A DNA stretch of 64,000 nucleotides from a virus: IMG/VR virus record IMGVR_UViG_3300045988_136773. One strand, written 5' to 3'. Under the pieces are notes generated by a model. The model was not told where the DNA came from, searched no databases, and was given only the letters and a program-made list of their open reading frames with translations. Every line of letters begins with the position of its first letter. Positions within the stretch are counted from its first letter, which is position 1. This document shows, piece by piece, positions 17,505-27,173 of the stretch. Position numbers and translations under genes: made by a program.

Positions 17505-18983
17505 TTTGTTATGGAGGTGTGCATCTTGAAAAAACAACCATTTTGTAATTTTACATTAGCAGGTGTAAGTATTACAGATTTTGGATTAGAAATGCCATCT
17601 CCATTTGCATCTTTGGAATTAAGCAATAGTGAAATACAGTCTATGACATCATGGACACTGAATTGCATGGTTGGTGGAGATGCCTCACGAAAAATGAATA
17701 TTGCGGCATTTGAAGCACTACTGTATAGTGCAGCACAGTCTGCAGCTCAGTATCCAGATTCCAGTGGTATTCCAGTATCATTTATCTTTGGGTGGCTAGA
17801 TGAATTTGGGAATGTTGCAGAATGCTTATCCTATCAAGGTTTTACAATTAAGTTTTCGGTAAGCACTACTGGAGTATACATGAACTATAAAATCACAGGA
17901 TATGCGTCGCTTGCAGTGCAAACCAGTATGCCTGTATTGCGTATTCCTGCGGTGAGCGGATTTGTACAGCCGTCTGCAATTGTTGTAGCACTAGCAGAAT
18001 CTGTTAAGGCTACATCTTACTATGAACTTGATATAGATCGAAATGACACACCAACTCTTGTAAATCATGGACCTATTACAACTAGCTTTAATAAGTATGT
18101 TCGCGGTGAATTTTCAGCAGATGACGAATATTCAGAATTTCCAGGACTGCTTCCACTATCTAAAACATATAGTTCTGCACAAAATGCCGCAGGATTGATT
18201 TATGGCTTCCACGGAGTCCGTAAATTAAGTCAGGTTGTAAATAATGCAACAGACCATGTTTCAGATTATTTAAGACGTAGTAATGTAGATACAACACCAC
18301 AGTGTGCATCATTTAGTTATTGGGTAGATGAGCCGACAATGACTCGTCCTGGAATTATCCATTATAAATCAAATGCTAATATTATGTCGTCACAGAATAA
18401 TGACGTACTGGAGTATGGCACAGAAAATGCAAATGTTTTATCAATCAGCGGCAGCTATGATGGTGTAGCATATAATATGTCTGATATGAATTTCAGACAA
18501 GTTGGATTTGCTGTAGATGGTAGTGGTAATACTATTACACAAGATGCTCAGGTTGTAAACAGTTGGAGCAGTTCTCTTTCTGATGTGTTTCAGTCCGCTA
18601 GTATTATCAATGACGTAAACGCATTAGCATCTCAGTTTAGCGGAGATTTCACGGTTCAGATTCCAGGTAGTGTGAAGTCATATACTGTGGCTCAACCAGT
18701 TTCCTTGATTGTATATTCTGGTGGTACACTATCACCAATTACAGGTATTTATAACATCGTATCTGTAACTCATAATGTGAGCAATTTATTTGTGACTACG
18801 CTGAAACTACAGCGGTTAGTTATCAGTAATGCAAATCAGACAGCTGCGGCACAAGGAATATTTGTTTCAGGAAGTAGTAACTATAATCGAAGTTCTTACG
18901 ATACGACAAATAATATCATTACTCCATACATGGTCAAATTCGGAGATCTATATCCGAATTTTGAGCACATGTCAACTCAGTAG
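17502..18983 (+). CDS. baseplate hub-like protein (XkdQ / Mu gp44-like by position)
   Basis: About 485-493 aa. The likely start is TTG 17526, 7 nt after GGAGGTG. Placed by synteny with the LysM protein upstream and the V/W/J/I-like genes downstream. Confidence 0.5.
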   Translation: MFVMEVCILKKQPFCNFTLAGVSITDFGLEMPSPFASLELSNSEIQSMTSWTLNCMVGGDASRKMNIAAFEALLYSAAQSAAQYPDSSGIPVSFIFGWLDEFGNVAECLSYQGFTIKFSVSTTGVYMNYKITGYASLAVQTSMPVLRIPAVSGFVQPSAIVVALAESVKATSYYELDIDRNDTPTLVNHGPITTSFNKYVRGEFSADDEYSEFPGLLPLSKTYSSAQNAAGLIYGFHGVRKLSQVVNNATDHVSDYLRRSNVDTTPQCASFSYWVDEPTMTRPGIIHYKSNANIMSSQNNDVLEYGTENANVLSISGSYDGVAYNMSDMNFRQVGFAVDGSGNTITQDAQVVNSWSSSLSDVFQSASIINDVNALASQFSGDFTVQIPGSVKSYTVAQPVSLIVYSGGTLSPITGIYNIVSVTHNVSNLFVTTLKLQRLVISNANQTAAAQGIFVSGSSNYNRSSYDTTNNIITPYMVKFGDLYPNFEHMSTQ

Positions 18984-18991
18984 GTGATTTC

Positions 18992-19531
18992 ATGTATAAA
19001 GAGTATTCCTATTCACCTATAACAAAATCATCTGTCAAAATATTAGTTCCCTGGATTTCAAATAGACAATCAAAGTTGTATAGTACTTACAAAACTTTGC
19101 ATACTGGATTAGATATACAAACACATGATGTGTATGGATTCCAGTCTGGAGTTGTAACACAAATTGGAAAAGATGAAGATGGTCACTCTGTTGTTACAGT
19201 TCAGTATAGCGGTCATGTTTCTCTTCGATATGGTCATTTGATGGATGTTTATGTAAAATCCGGCGAAACACTATTTGTCGGATCATTCATTGGAGTTGCT
19301 TATAAGTATGTGCATTTCGAGTATGTTACAACTGAGTCATCAATTTGGCCTGTCCATATTGGAACTATAACTTATTATAAACACGATCCAGAACCGCTTT
19401 TATCTGGTGATATTATCCTGAATGCAAATGATTGGTCTCAGGTACATCAAGCCAACTATTATTACGATGCGGCTTATCCTTTGACTGGAGCTATGGCTGA
19501 TGAGTTTTCAAATAATCGAAATGGTGATTAA
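18992..19531 (+). CDS. M23 (LytM-type) peptidase domain protein, virion-associated
   Basis: 'LHTGLDIQ' (HxxxD), 'YGHL' and 'VHFEY' follow the M23 pattern. The second His of the HxH motif appears to be replaced (Y-V-H). Confidence 0.65.
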   Translation: MYKEYSYSPITKSSVKILVPWISNRQSKLYSTYKTLHTGLDIQTHDVYGFQSGVVTQIGKDEDGHSVVTVQYSGHVSLRYGHLMDVYVKSGETLFVGSFIGVAYKYVHFEYVTTESSIWPVHIGTITYYKHDPEPLLSGDIILNANDWSQVHQANYYYDAAYPLTGAMADEFSNNRNGD

Positions 19532-19533
19532 CT

Positions 19534-20700
19534 GTGGCTGGTAATTCAAATTTAGCGTCATATATTGACAATAGTTCTACTAATTTCAATGAGCGTACAA
19601 AGTCAATTTCCAAAATAACTATACACATTGCAGCAGGATCTGTTACGCTAGATGGATTGTCCAGAACTATGCACGATTCATCGAGAGAAGTAAGCTGGAA
19701 CTATGGTATAGATGATAACGGAAAGATTGGACTGTATATTCCAGAAAAGTATAGAGCATGGACATCATCTAGTCAAGAGAATGATAACGTAGCAGTTACA
19801 ATAGAAGTTTCTAACACTGTGGCTAAGTATCCATGGCCTATTTCTGATGCCGCCTACTCTGCATTGCTTAATCTTTGTGAAGATATTTGTAGACGAAATA
19901 ATATTCCTGCATTGAATTATACTGGTAATAAGTCCGGCAATTTGACGATGCACAGATGGTTTTCCAATAAAGAGTGTCCAGGTGATTATCTTGCTGCTAA
20001 GTTTTCAGATATTGCAAAGCAAGTCAATGAGCGACTGAAAAAGAAAAAAATATCCTCATTTTTGACAAATCCAGAAACATCTGAATCAACCTCTGCTGGA
20101 GATGCGTTTTTAGGAACAACTACAGATATTGCGTCAATGATTGATTATACGTCATTTACGCCATATATTGCAACAATATCTCCATCTGTGAAATCATTCG
20201 ACGGTGCGAAACTAAAAGATCTTGGTGTTGTAGGTGTAGCGATAAACTCAGGAACCTATTTTGATTCTGTTCATATACAGAACAGTACATATAGATCTCA
20301 AAATTTAGATGCACATATAAAATCCGCAGTTTCTGCAAATCTTCCATTTTCATTATACACTGAAATACGTTCTAAAACGGTATCAGAGGTAAACAGAGAA
20401 CTGGATGAATTGCAACTATGTGTGCAAAAATATAACCCAACAATGGGCGTGTGGATTAAAATAGGATTTCAAAATTCAAAATCTATGAATAATGACATTA
20501 TAGACCGATGCAAAAAGCGACTTTTCATGCTGGGTCTGAAAAATAAAATTGGTCTATATTGTACACTGGAAAAATTAAAACTGATAGACTGGAAAGAGCG
20601 ATCAGAAGATTGGCTTTTATGGCTAGATTCTCATGTATCAGATGTTTCTGAATTTGAGTGTGTTTTAAATCCAGAATTTTTCATGACTGGTTATGATTGA
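19534..20700 (+). CDS. N-acetylmuramoyl-L-alanine amidase (Amidase_2/PGRP) with C-terminal GH25-like domain
   Basis: 'ISKITIHIAAG...AWTSSS...VTIEVSN...MHRWFSNKECPG' is paralogous to the endolysin at 40783. The C-terminal half has the GH25 muramidase layout (weak call). Confidence 0.75.
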   Translation: MAGNSNLASYIDNSSTNFNERTKSISKITIHIAAGSVTLDGLSRTMHDSSREVSWNYGIDDNGKIGLYIPEKYRAWTSSSQENDNVAVTIEVSNTVAKYPWPISDAAYSALLNLCEDICRRNNIPALNYTGNKSGNLTMHRWFSNKECPGDYLAAKFSDIAKQVNERLKKKKISSFLTNPETSESTSAGDAFLGTTTDIASMIDYTSFTPYIATISPSVKSFDGAKLKDLGVVGVAINSGTYFDSVHIQNSTYRSQNLDAHIKSAVSANLPFSLYTEIRSKTVSEVNRELDELQLCVQKYNPTMGVWIKIGFQNSKSMNNDIIDRCKKRLFMLGLKNKIGLYCTLEKLKLIDWKERSEDWLLWLDSHVSDVSEFECVLNPEFFMTGYD

Positions 20701-20711
20701 GTGGTGAGGTT

Positions 20712-22877
20712 ATGGCATTTACTCCTAGATTAAATGCACCATCTACAGCAGATAAATATTGGTTGAGACCGTCTAGCGGCGGATATAATCAATGTATCAA
20801 TATTAGCGGCGGCAGTGTACTTCCAAATTGTGTTGGATATGCTTATGGCAGATTCATGGAAATCATGGGCAAAACATCATGTAATTTATCTACGCATAAT
20901 GCTGGACTGTGGTATGGGAATACTGCTGACGGCTATCAAAGGGGTGCCTCACCGAGATTAGGTGCAGTCGTGTGCTGGAGCAGACCAGGAGATGCAGGGC
21001 ATGTTGCTATTGTAGAACAAATCAATTCAGATGGTTCAATTGTAACATCCAACAGTGCATATGGTGGCAGACGATTCTATCAGCAGACTTTAAGCCCACC
21101 AGCATATACATGGAGCAATAATTATCATTTTCAAGGATTTATCTATAATCCTGCTACAGTATCTGATACTGGAACTGCAATGCCTACGGTTGCTACGAGT
21201 AAGTTATCACAATTCTTTCAAGTAGCTAACTCTCATATGGGAGAACACGGAAATTGGGTGTGGACAACACTAGGATGGGAAGGGGAATGGTGCTGTGCAT
21301 TTTTAATGGCATGTGCAAAGACAGTAGGTGGTCTACTGGATGTTATTATTCCAACAACCTATTCGTGTACAACACTATGTCAATATGGAAGAGAGCATAA
21401 GTGTAACAGCGTATTTATTGATGGACCTAGAAACGGAAATGCTGTAAAACCACAAGTAGGCGACTTTATCCTGTTTAACTTCAATAAGACTGGAAAATAT
21501 GAATGTTCCCATGTCGGTGTCGTATCTGAATTGAATGGCGATAAGATCATGACAATTGAAGGTAATACAAAGACATATAATAGATATACTAGTGTAATTG
21601 CAAATCATGAGTATGATTATACAAATACTTCAATTGTCGGATACTTTAGGCCAAACTGGTCACTTGTAGGTGCATCTGTGAGCGACTTAGCAAGCTATGG
21701 GTTATCCGGGTATGGATCACTGTTTACAACGAAAACGACTAGGCGAGATGCGACGATTCGTGAAATTGCATATATCACGAATGACAAGTTTAGCACAGCT
21801 CAATCCGGAATACGATTATCAGCTATTAACTATACAGATAAATTAAACTCTATGTACTCCGGTTATTCTGATATAGCTAATCCTGCAAATGTGATTATTG
21901 ATGGAATAACCGACACAAATGCAAAAGCAATTATTGAATATCTACTTGGAAAGGGATTAAATGCTGCTGCATCTTGTGGTATATGCGGTAATATCTATTA
22001 TGAAAGTTCCTACAGAACCGATGCTGTCAATAAGAACAGTGGTGCATCTGGAATATGTCAATGGCTAGGTAGTCGAAAAACTGCTATGATTAGTGCAGCC
22101 GGATCGAATTGGATGAACAATCTTACATGTCAGTTAGATTATCTATGGTATGAACTCTCTAATGGATTTTCTAAGGTGTTACAGCATTTGCAATCTGTCA
22201 CGAACAATGACAGTGGGGCACAAGATGCTGCTGATTATTTTGTACGGCAGTTTGAAAAACCTGGTAGTTATGAAAAAACTTCACCACCTAGAAAAGCAAA
22301 AGCGTCTGAATTATTTAGTCAGTTGGTTGTACAACAAGTTTCCTCTGGTACTGTAAGTTTAGGAAACTCTAAAATTCCGCTTCAATCTGGAATTCCTACA
22401 GCAAGTGGTACAGAGATTGTTATACCGTCATATGTCGGACAGTCTGGTATATCTGACATTTATACAAATTACTCGTATTTCTATACAAGATGGGGTAAAA
22501 GTACTAACCAATATAAGCTTGCTCAGATATGGGGTAGTATGGGAAAGCCTAGTGATAGAAATATAGCAGTAATCAACGGAAATTACTTGATCGCAGTAAA
22601 ACCGATATTCGGAAAAGTTGGAGATATGATGACAGTAGTTCTGAATGATGGTACATATTTCAATGCCATTATGGCAGATGCAAAAGCTAATGAGAACGGA
22701 TCTACAGGATATGCTACATATGGTCATGGATCAAATGGACATGTTAATGTTATAGAGTGGGAAGCTGTGGGTAATCCCAATTCCCATATAACCGGAAGTG
22801 CGTATCCACGGGATCTGGCAGGATGGAAAGGTAAAACTGTTACACGAATTATTAATCGAGGTGCGTGGATGAAATGA
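20712..22877 (+). CDS. multidomain tail-associated peptidoglycan hydrolase (2x CHAP/NlpC-P60-like + phage tail lysozyme domain)
   Basis: CHAP domain 1: 'PNCVGYAYGRF...GHVAIVEQINSDG'. CHAP domain 2: 'WCCAFLMAC...SHVGVVSELNGDKIMTIEGN'. Tail-lysozyme motif: 'CGICGNIYYESSYRTDAVNKNSGASGICQWLGSRK'. Confidence 0.8.
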   Translation: MAFTPRLNAPSTADKYWLRPSSGGYNQCINISGGSVLPNCVGYAYGRFMEIMGKTSCNLSTHNAGLWYGNTADGYQRGASPRLGAVVCWSRPGDAGHVAIVEQINSDGSIVTSNSAYGGRRFYQQTLSPPAYTWSNNYHFQGFIYNPATVSDTGTAMPTVATSKLSQFFQVANSHMGEHGNWVWTTLGWEGEWCCAFLMACAKTVGGLLDVIIPTTYSCTTLCQYGREHKCNSVFIDGPRNGNAVKPQVGDFILFNFNKTGKYECSHVGVVSELNGDKIMTIEGNTKTYNRYTSVIANHEYDYTNTSIVGYFRPNWSLVGASVSDLASYGLSGYGSLFTTKTTRRDATIREIAYITNDKFSTAQSGIRLSAINYTDKLNSMYSGYSDIANPANVIIDGITDTNAKAIIEYLLGKGLNAAASCGICGNIYYESSYRTDAVNKNSGASGICQWLGSRKTAMISAAGSNWMNNLTCQLDYLWYELSNGFSKVLQHLQSVTNNDSGAQDAADYFVRQFEKPGSYEKTSPPRKAKASELFSQLVVQQVSSGTVSLGNSKIPLQSGIPTASGTEIVIPSYVGQSGISDIYTNYSYFYTRWGKSTNQYKLAQIWGSMGKPSDRNIAVINGNYLIAVKPIFGKVGDMMTVVLNDGTYFNAIMADAKANENGSTGYATYGHGSNGHVNVIEWEAVGNPNSHITGSAYPRDLAGWKGKTVTRIINRGAWMK

Positions 22878-23173
22878 TAACATATGGGTATGCCAAAGAG
22901 TATCAGTATACAGGTGACGGAACATTGAAGATAAAAGTGCGTATTCCATCTGTACATGGACCATATAATATGCGAGATTATGGTGGAAAGCAGGTGCGAA
23001 ATTATGTCTATGATGAAGATCTGCCTTGGATTAGTTCTATCCTTTTACCACATTTGCCACAAGAGGGTGAAGTAGTGGCTATCGCATCTTTGGATAAAGG
23101 AAATAGTGATTTTATTGTTATCGGACTTACAGGTGGCAGTTATCAATCCGGTGCAGTGAATTTTGGGGAGTGA
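22865..23173 (+). CDS. small baseplate protein (XkdR / gpV-spike-like)
   Basis: 102 aa. 'KIKVRIPSVHG...LPWISSILLPHLPQEGEVVAIASLDKGNSDFIVIG' looks like an OB-fold spike domain. Placed by position before the gp25-like gene. Confidence 0.45.
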   Translation: MDEMITYGYAKEYQYTGDGTLKIKVRIPSVHGPYNMRDYGGKQVRNYVYDEDLPWISSILLPHLPQEGEVVAIASLDKGNSDFIVIGLTGGSYQSGAVNFGE

Positions 23174-23181
23174 TTTTTTTT

Positions 23182-23580
23182 ATGATTTCTTCTTTATCAT
23201 TTCCAAACTTATTTGATGTATCAAGGAATAAAGTTGGTGTTTTAACAAATAAGGACGCTGTCGCAAACCGATGCAGACTTCTTATGCTGACAGAACCTAC
23301 AGAATTGTACAACTATCCGACATTCGGAGTTGGATTAAAGCAATATCTATTTCAGTATAACACTGAGAATACAAAAGCAATTTTAAAGGATAGAATCAAG
23401 AACCAGTTTCGTACATTTGAACCAGACTGTAATGCAGATAATACATCTTTTGCAGATGGACTTTTGGTTACTGGTGAAAATGAAGATACTACAGTTCAAG
23501 ATTTTAATACATTGAAGTTGACAGTTGGAATACAAACCGTATTAGGTGATGATGTGGAGGTAACAATAGATGGTGAGTAA
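23182..23580 (+). CDS. baseplate wedge protein, gp25/gpW (XkdS)-like
   Basis: 'VANRCRLLMLTEPTELYNYPTFGVGLKQYLFQ' fits the GPW_gp25 pattern (i-x-x-x-l-x-T-x-x-GE-x-x-x-P-x-FG). Confidence 0.6.
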   Translation: MISSLSFPNLFDVSRNKVGVLTNKDAVANRCRLLMLTEPTELYNYPTFGVGLKQYLFQYNTENTKAILKDRIKNQFRTFEPDCNADNTSFADGLLVTGENEDTTVQDFNTLKLTVGIQTVLGDDVEVTIDGE

Positions 23581-25609
23581 TGCACCTTCTGGAATGGTAA
23601 AATACACATCCAGAGATTTTGATTCAATTATGAAAGACTTCTGGGATCTAGTTCCTAAACTTACAGAACTGTGGAATCCTAGTGTATATGATGCAAGCGA
23701 TTCTACAAAGTGGAATCCGGATGCAATCTCTGATCCTGGTGTTGTACTTGGTATCTTTTTAGCCAGTGTTGCAGATATGCTTGGTGTAAATACAGATTGG
23801 CTTGCAAATGAAGTATTTGCACCATCTGTATCCCAACGGAAAAATGCCGAAAAATTATTCAGTCTAATGGGATATACGCTTGGATGGTATACAGCTGCCA
23901 GAACCGAGGTAACATTTACAAACAACACTGAGAATTCAATTACTCTAGACTTTGGATTCAATGGTGGTAATTTCTGTACAGTCAATGCTTATACAGACAT
24001 CACAAATCAGTCCAGAGTAATTACATACAATATCTTGCCAATGACAAATACTTATGGTGCTGCGGAAACTAGAAGTAAGCGTCAAATTGTTGCAGATGGT
24101 ACAAATGTATTTGCAGACACTGATATTGTTCACCTTGCACCAGGTAAAACCTGCACCCGTGTAGCTGTAGAAGGTTCTCTTCGGTCTGTTACAAAGTCTG
24201 TAGAAGAGATCAAAAAGAATAACTGTGTTATTAAGCTGCCATCTCAACACATTGATACAACTGCTGTATGGGTAAAAGCAAAGGCAAGCTTGCATGATGA
24301 TACTTATTTAGATACCCAGTGGGTTCAGGTAAGTTCTCCGTCTGAATTTATTGAACCAGAACCGATGTTTGCAGTCACCTACGATAATTACAGCAATGCA
24401 CAGTTGCAGATTTCAAATTATATTAACCAATTGGAGAATTACTCAAACAACTATCTTGTAATTTACTGGATTGAATGTTCTGGTGCAATCGGATGTGTCA
24501 ATGCAAATGTACTATCCAATTTCCAGCCCGCAAAACCAAATGCGTGCGATAATGCAAAGTACACAACAGAATCTGGTGATATTTCTGTATCAAACCTTGC
24601 AAATACATCTGAAATGCCACACACTTATACGGTAACTGGAAAAAGCCCAGAAACTGCAAAAGAAGCATATCGAAATAGCCGAAATTATATCAATACATGG
24701 GATAGTTTGATTACACTTCCAGACTTTACACGTTTTTTGACACGAGAAGCCGGAATTGACTGCGGAACTGTACTTGATTGTCAAAAGGCATTAGAGATAA
24801 ATCTTGCAATCTACAAAAACACAAATTTGACAGATGCTCAAAAGAGTAAAATGTATATCACTTATCATGATTTCCCAGAATCATCTGATACCTATACACA
24901 GTTTAAGTGGGATAATATTCTGGACATTGGTTTTGATCCAACAGATCCAAATCGATTTGTATTTTCTACAAATTTTCAAAGATACACAGCGATGTGCTTT
25001 GCAATCTATAATGATTTCAATGAATCCGAGTATCCGGATACAACTTATACACCAGTAAAGAAGAATACGATAAGCACAGTGAAGTATGCATCATCTAGTA
25101 ATGATTATGATTATGCGTTTATCGGGTATCAGCCGCCTATGAATATCATAAACAGTGTAATAGATGATTATAGACCATTGCAAGCAATGTCTGTAGAGCT
25201 GCAATTTGGATTTGTTCGTGTTTTCCCGTGGTATGTTGTTGGTGAAATTTATCCTAAGACTACAGTCGATAAGGATAAAGCAAAAACGATCATTGCAAAT
25301 GTCAAAGAAAAACTCGCTCTGTATTTTTCTCCTGCAAATCGAAAACTAGGACAAAAGCCGACGGTAATGGAAGTTGTTGAGATTATTGAGAGTGCAGATT
25401 CTAACATTCGATACTTTGATGCCGGAAATCTTAAATTTCCTGTGATAAACTGGGGAGAACTATCTAAAGTTGGTGCACAAGAACATATTGATACTTACGA
25501 TATTGAGTATTTTAATCCAATTTCATTTGCACGGTATCAGGATTTAGGTGCAAATATCGGAGAATCCAGAAACAACTTACGAATTGCTCCGGATTGGATA
25601 CTAGAATGA
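23570..25609 (+). CDS. baseplate J-like protein (XkdT/gp6/gpJ)
   Basis: 679 aa, directly after the gp25-like gene and overlapping its end (canonical W-J-I order). Confidence 0.6.
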   Translation: MVSNAPSGMVKYTSRDFDSIMKDFWDLVPKLTELWNPSVYDASDSTKWNPDAISDPGVVLGIFLASVADMLGVNTDWLANEVFAPSVSQRKNAEKLFSLMGYTLGWYTAARTEVTFTNNTENSITLDFGFNGGNFCTVNAYTDITNQSRVITYNILPMTNTYGAAETRSKRQIVADGTNVFADTDIVHLAPGKTCTRVAVEGSLRSVTKSVEEIKKNNCVIKLPSQHIDTTAVWVKAKASLHDDTYLDTQWVQVSSPSEFIEPEPMFAVTYDNYSNAQLQISNYINQLENYSNNYLVIYWIECSGAIGCVNANVLSNFQPAKPNACDNAKYTTESGDISVSNLANTSEMPHTYTVTGKSPETAKEAYRNSRNYINTWDSLITLPDFTRFLTREAGIDCGTVLDCQKALEINLAIYKNTNLTDAQKSKMYITYHDFPESSDTYTQFKWDNILDIGFDPTDPNRFVFSTNFQRYTAMCFAIYNDFNESEYPDTTYTPVKKNTISTVKYASSSNDYDYAFIGYQPPMNIINSVIDDYRPLQAMSVELQFGFVRVFPWYVVGEIYPKTTVDKDKAKTIIANVKEKLALYFSPANRKLGQKPTVMEVVEIIESADSNIRYFDAGNLKFPVINWGELSKVGAQEHIDTYDIEYFNPISFARYQDLGANIGESRNNLRIAPDWILE

Positions 25610-25625
25610 TTGGTGGTGATACATT

Positions 25626-26834
25626 ATGAATATAAAATCAGTATCACTTCCAGAAATCTATAAATCTAGTGCCGACTTTCGATTTTTTATAGATTGGTTT
25701 ACAGCATCACTCTCAAAAATTCAGTATGATATTGAAAATTTCATGGATTTATATGATCCGCTGAAATGCCCAGAAGATTTGTTGTGGATGCTTACAGATA
25801 CTATGGGATATAAATTCGATGATCGATTGAATACAGCGTTTAATCGACTTGTTTTGCTGTATTTTATGTCAGTTATCAAGAATCGTGGCAGCAAAGATGG
25901 TGTGACGCTTGCTGCTGAGTTGAATCTTGCACAATTCCGTATTGAAGATGCTGCAAAAGAAAATGACATACTGAACAACCGACTAGAGGATGTTTCTATC
26001 CCAGTAAATACTGTGTATGTCACACCACATACTGCTGACGGATATATTGACGTGGTCTACTTCGCAGATAAAAAGCCCTTGGATGCTTGTATCGAATATG
26101 CAAGACCAGTTGGGATGTTTTTATTCCAGCATGCAGGTGTAAGATATGACGCTAGAACAAAAATTGGAATTGATGCGCGACTTACAAATGTAAATGACAT
26201 TGGAATGTCATTTGGTCCAGTGCAAGTTGGACATTATCGCAGAGAAGATTATGCTAGATTACAAAAGACACTGGATTCTGATGGTACAAAAGTGGATATT
26301 TCTCATAAGAAGCACAATGTATGGTCTAGGAATAGCGATTACGAGGATAGGGCAAACGGTGATGGTACATACGAAAGTGGTACAAAGTCACAAGATACTA
26401 TAAATCCTGCATATCGGGCACTGTATTCTATGCAGATCAGTAATAATGAGGAAATTGTAAAATCCTTGGTATCTGATCCAATATTCAGTATTGGATATGA
26501 ACCACAAGATGTAAGTACAACATTCCCAGATGACTATTTAACTAGAACTACAAATGAGAATGGCGTAGTAAGTCAGACATCTTATAATCCATACGCAGAA
26601 TCTAAGCCATGGAATCTGAGGTATGATCGAGATTACGATGAATCTCAGACACATAAACAGGATTCTGGTGTATATGATGTCATGACATTAGATCCAGACA
26701 GATCTACAGATATTTTGAATCCCAGACCTGCGGTAAATCCAGTAATGTCTCAAATGGGCGATGCAATTTCTCTAAACGATTCTAATTCATCTTACACAAA
26801 AGTAGACAAAGACGGAAATATTACTCATACCTAA
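25626..26834 (+). CDS. baseplate/tail protein I-like (XkdU-like)
   Basis: 402 aa. The N-terminal 'LLWMLTDTMGYKFDDRLNTAFNRLVLLYFMSVIKNRGSKDGV' resembles the gpI/DUF2313 pattern. It follows the J-like gene. Confidence 0.5.
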   Translation: MNIKSVSLPEIYKSSADFRFFIDWFTASLSKIQYDIENFMDLYDPLKCPEDLLWMLTDTMGYKFDDRLNTAFNRLVLLYFMSVIKNRGSKDGVTLAAELNLAQFRIEDAAKENDILNNRLEDVSIPVNTVYVTPHTADGYIDVVYFADKKPLDACIEYARPVGMFLFQHAGVRYDARTKIGIDARLTNVNDIGMSFGPVQVGHYRREDYARLQKTLDSDGTKVDISHKKHNVWSRNSDYEDRANGDGTYESGTKSQDTINPAYRALYSMQISNNEEIVKSLVSDPIFSIGYEPQDVSTTFPDDYLTRTTNENGVVSQTSYNPYAESKPWNLRYDRDYDESQTHKQDSGVYDVMTLDPDRSTDILNPRPAVNPVMSQMGDAISLNDSNSSYTKVDKDGNITHT

Positions 26835-26840
26835 AAACAC

Positions 26841-26872
26841 AGACCGATAGCGTAAAACTATCGGTCTTTTTG
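26841..26872 (+). terminator. rho-independent terminator after the baseplate operon
   Basis: AGACCGATAG / CTATCGGTCT 10-bp stem with a 7-nt loop, followed by TTTTT. Confidence 0.8.
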
Positions 26873-26928
26873 TATTTGTTCACATTCAAAACCTTTTATA
26901 CAAGGTGAATAAAGGTGGTGAGTGTGAT

Positions 26929-27159
26929 ATGTCAGATACAGTAACTCCAATGGGACAAGGTCCTGCAAAACCTGCGACAACAACAGAGCAGGTAAAAGAT
27001 GATAATGGATTTACAAATCCAAATCTTCATAGACGTATATACACATCACCAGACGATACTTCAACCACATACAAACTTGGTATTTATGGGTATGATTCTT
27101 ACCGAGTTACAGAAACCGTGGTACATGATGAAGAATCAAGAACATGTGAAATTCCGTAA
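26929..27159 (+). CDS. hypothetical small protein
   Basis: ATG 26929 follows AAAGGTGGTGA. About 76 aa, upstream of the fibre gene. Confidence 0.45.
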   Translation: MSDTVTPMGQGPAKPATTTEQVKDDNGFTNPNLHRRIYTSPDDTSTTYKLGIYGYDSYRVTETVVHDEESRTCEIP

Positions 27160-27173
27160 TGGTGGTGTGGTAA

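Noticed and set aside
17432-17668. Minus-strand ORF of 78 aa next to the toxin moron, considered as a possible antisense-encoded antitoxin.
   Set aside because: It runs through the rho-independent terminator and the 5' end of the hub gene. It has no promoter or RBS. The upstream 60-aa gene is the better-placed antitoxin candidate.
23542-24295. Minus-strand ORFs 23542..23985 and 23945..24295, plus other antisense or embedded ORFs in the track (for example 384..599, 983..1234, 10426..10758, 13230..13532, 32213..32542, 35374..36022, 49582..50070, 56018..56483, 57951..58493).
   Set aside because: All are nested within better-supported + strand genes that form a gap-free operon structure. They have no start context and their compositions are implausible.
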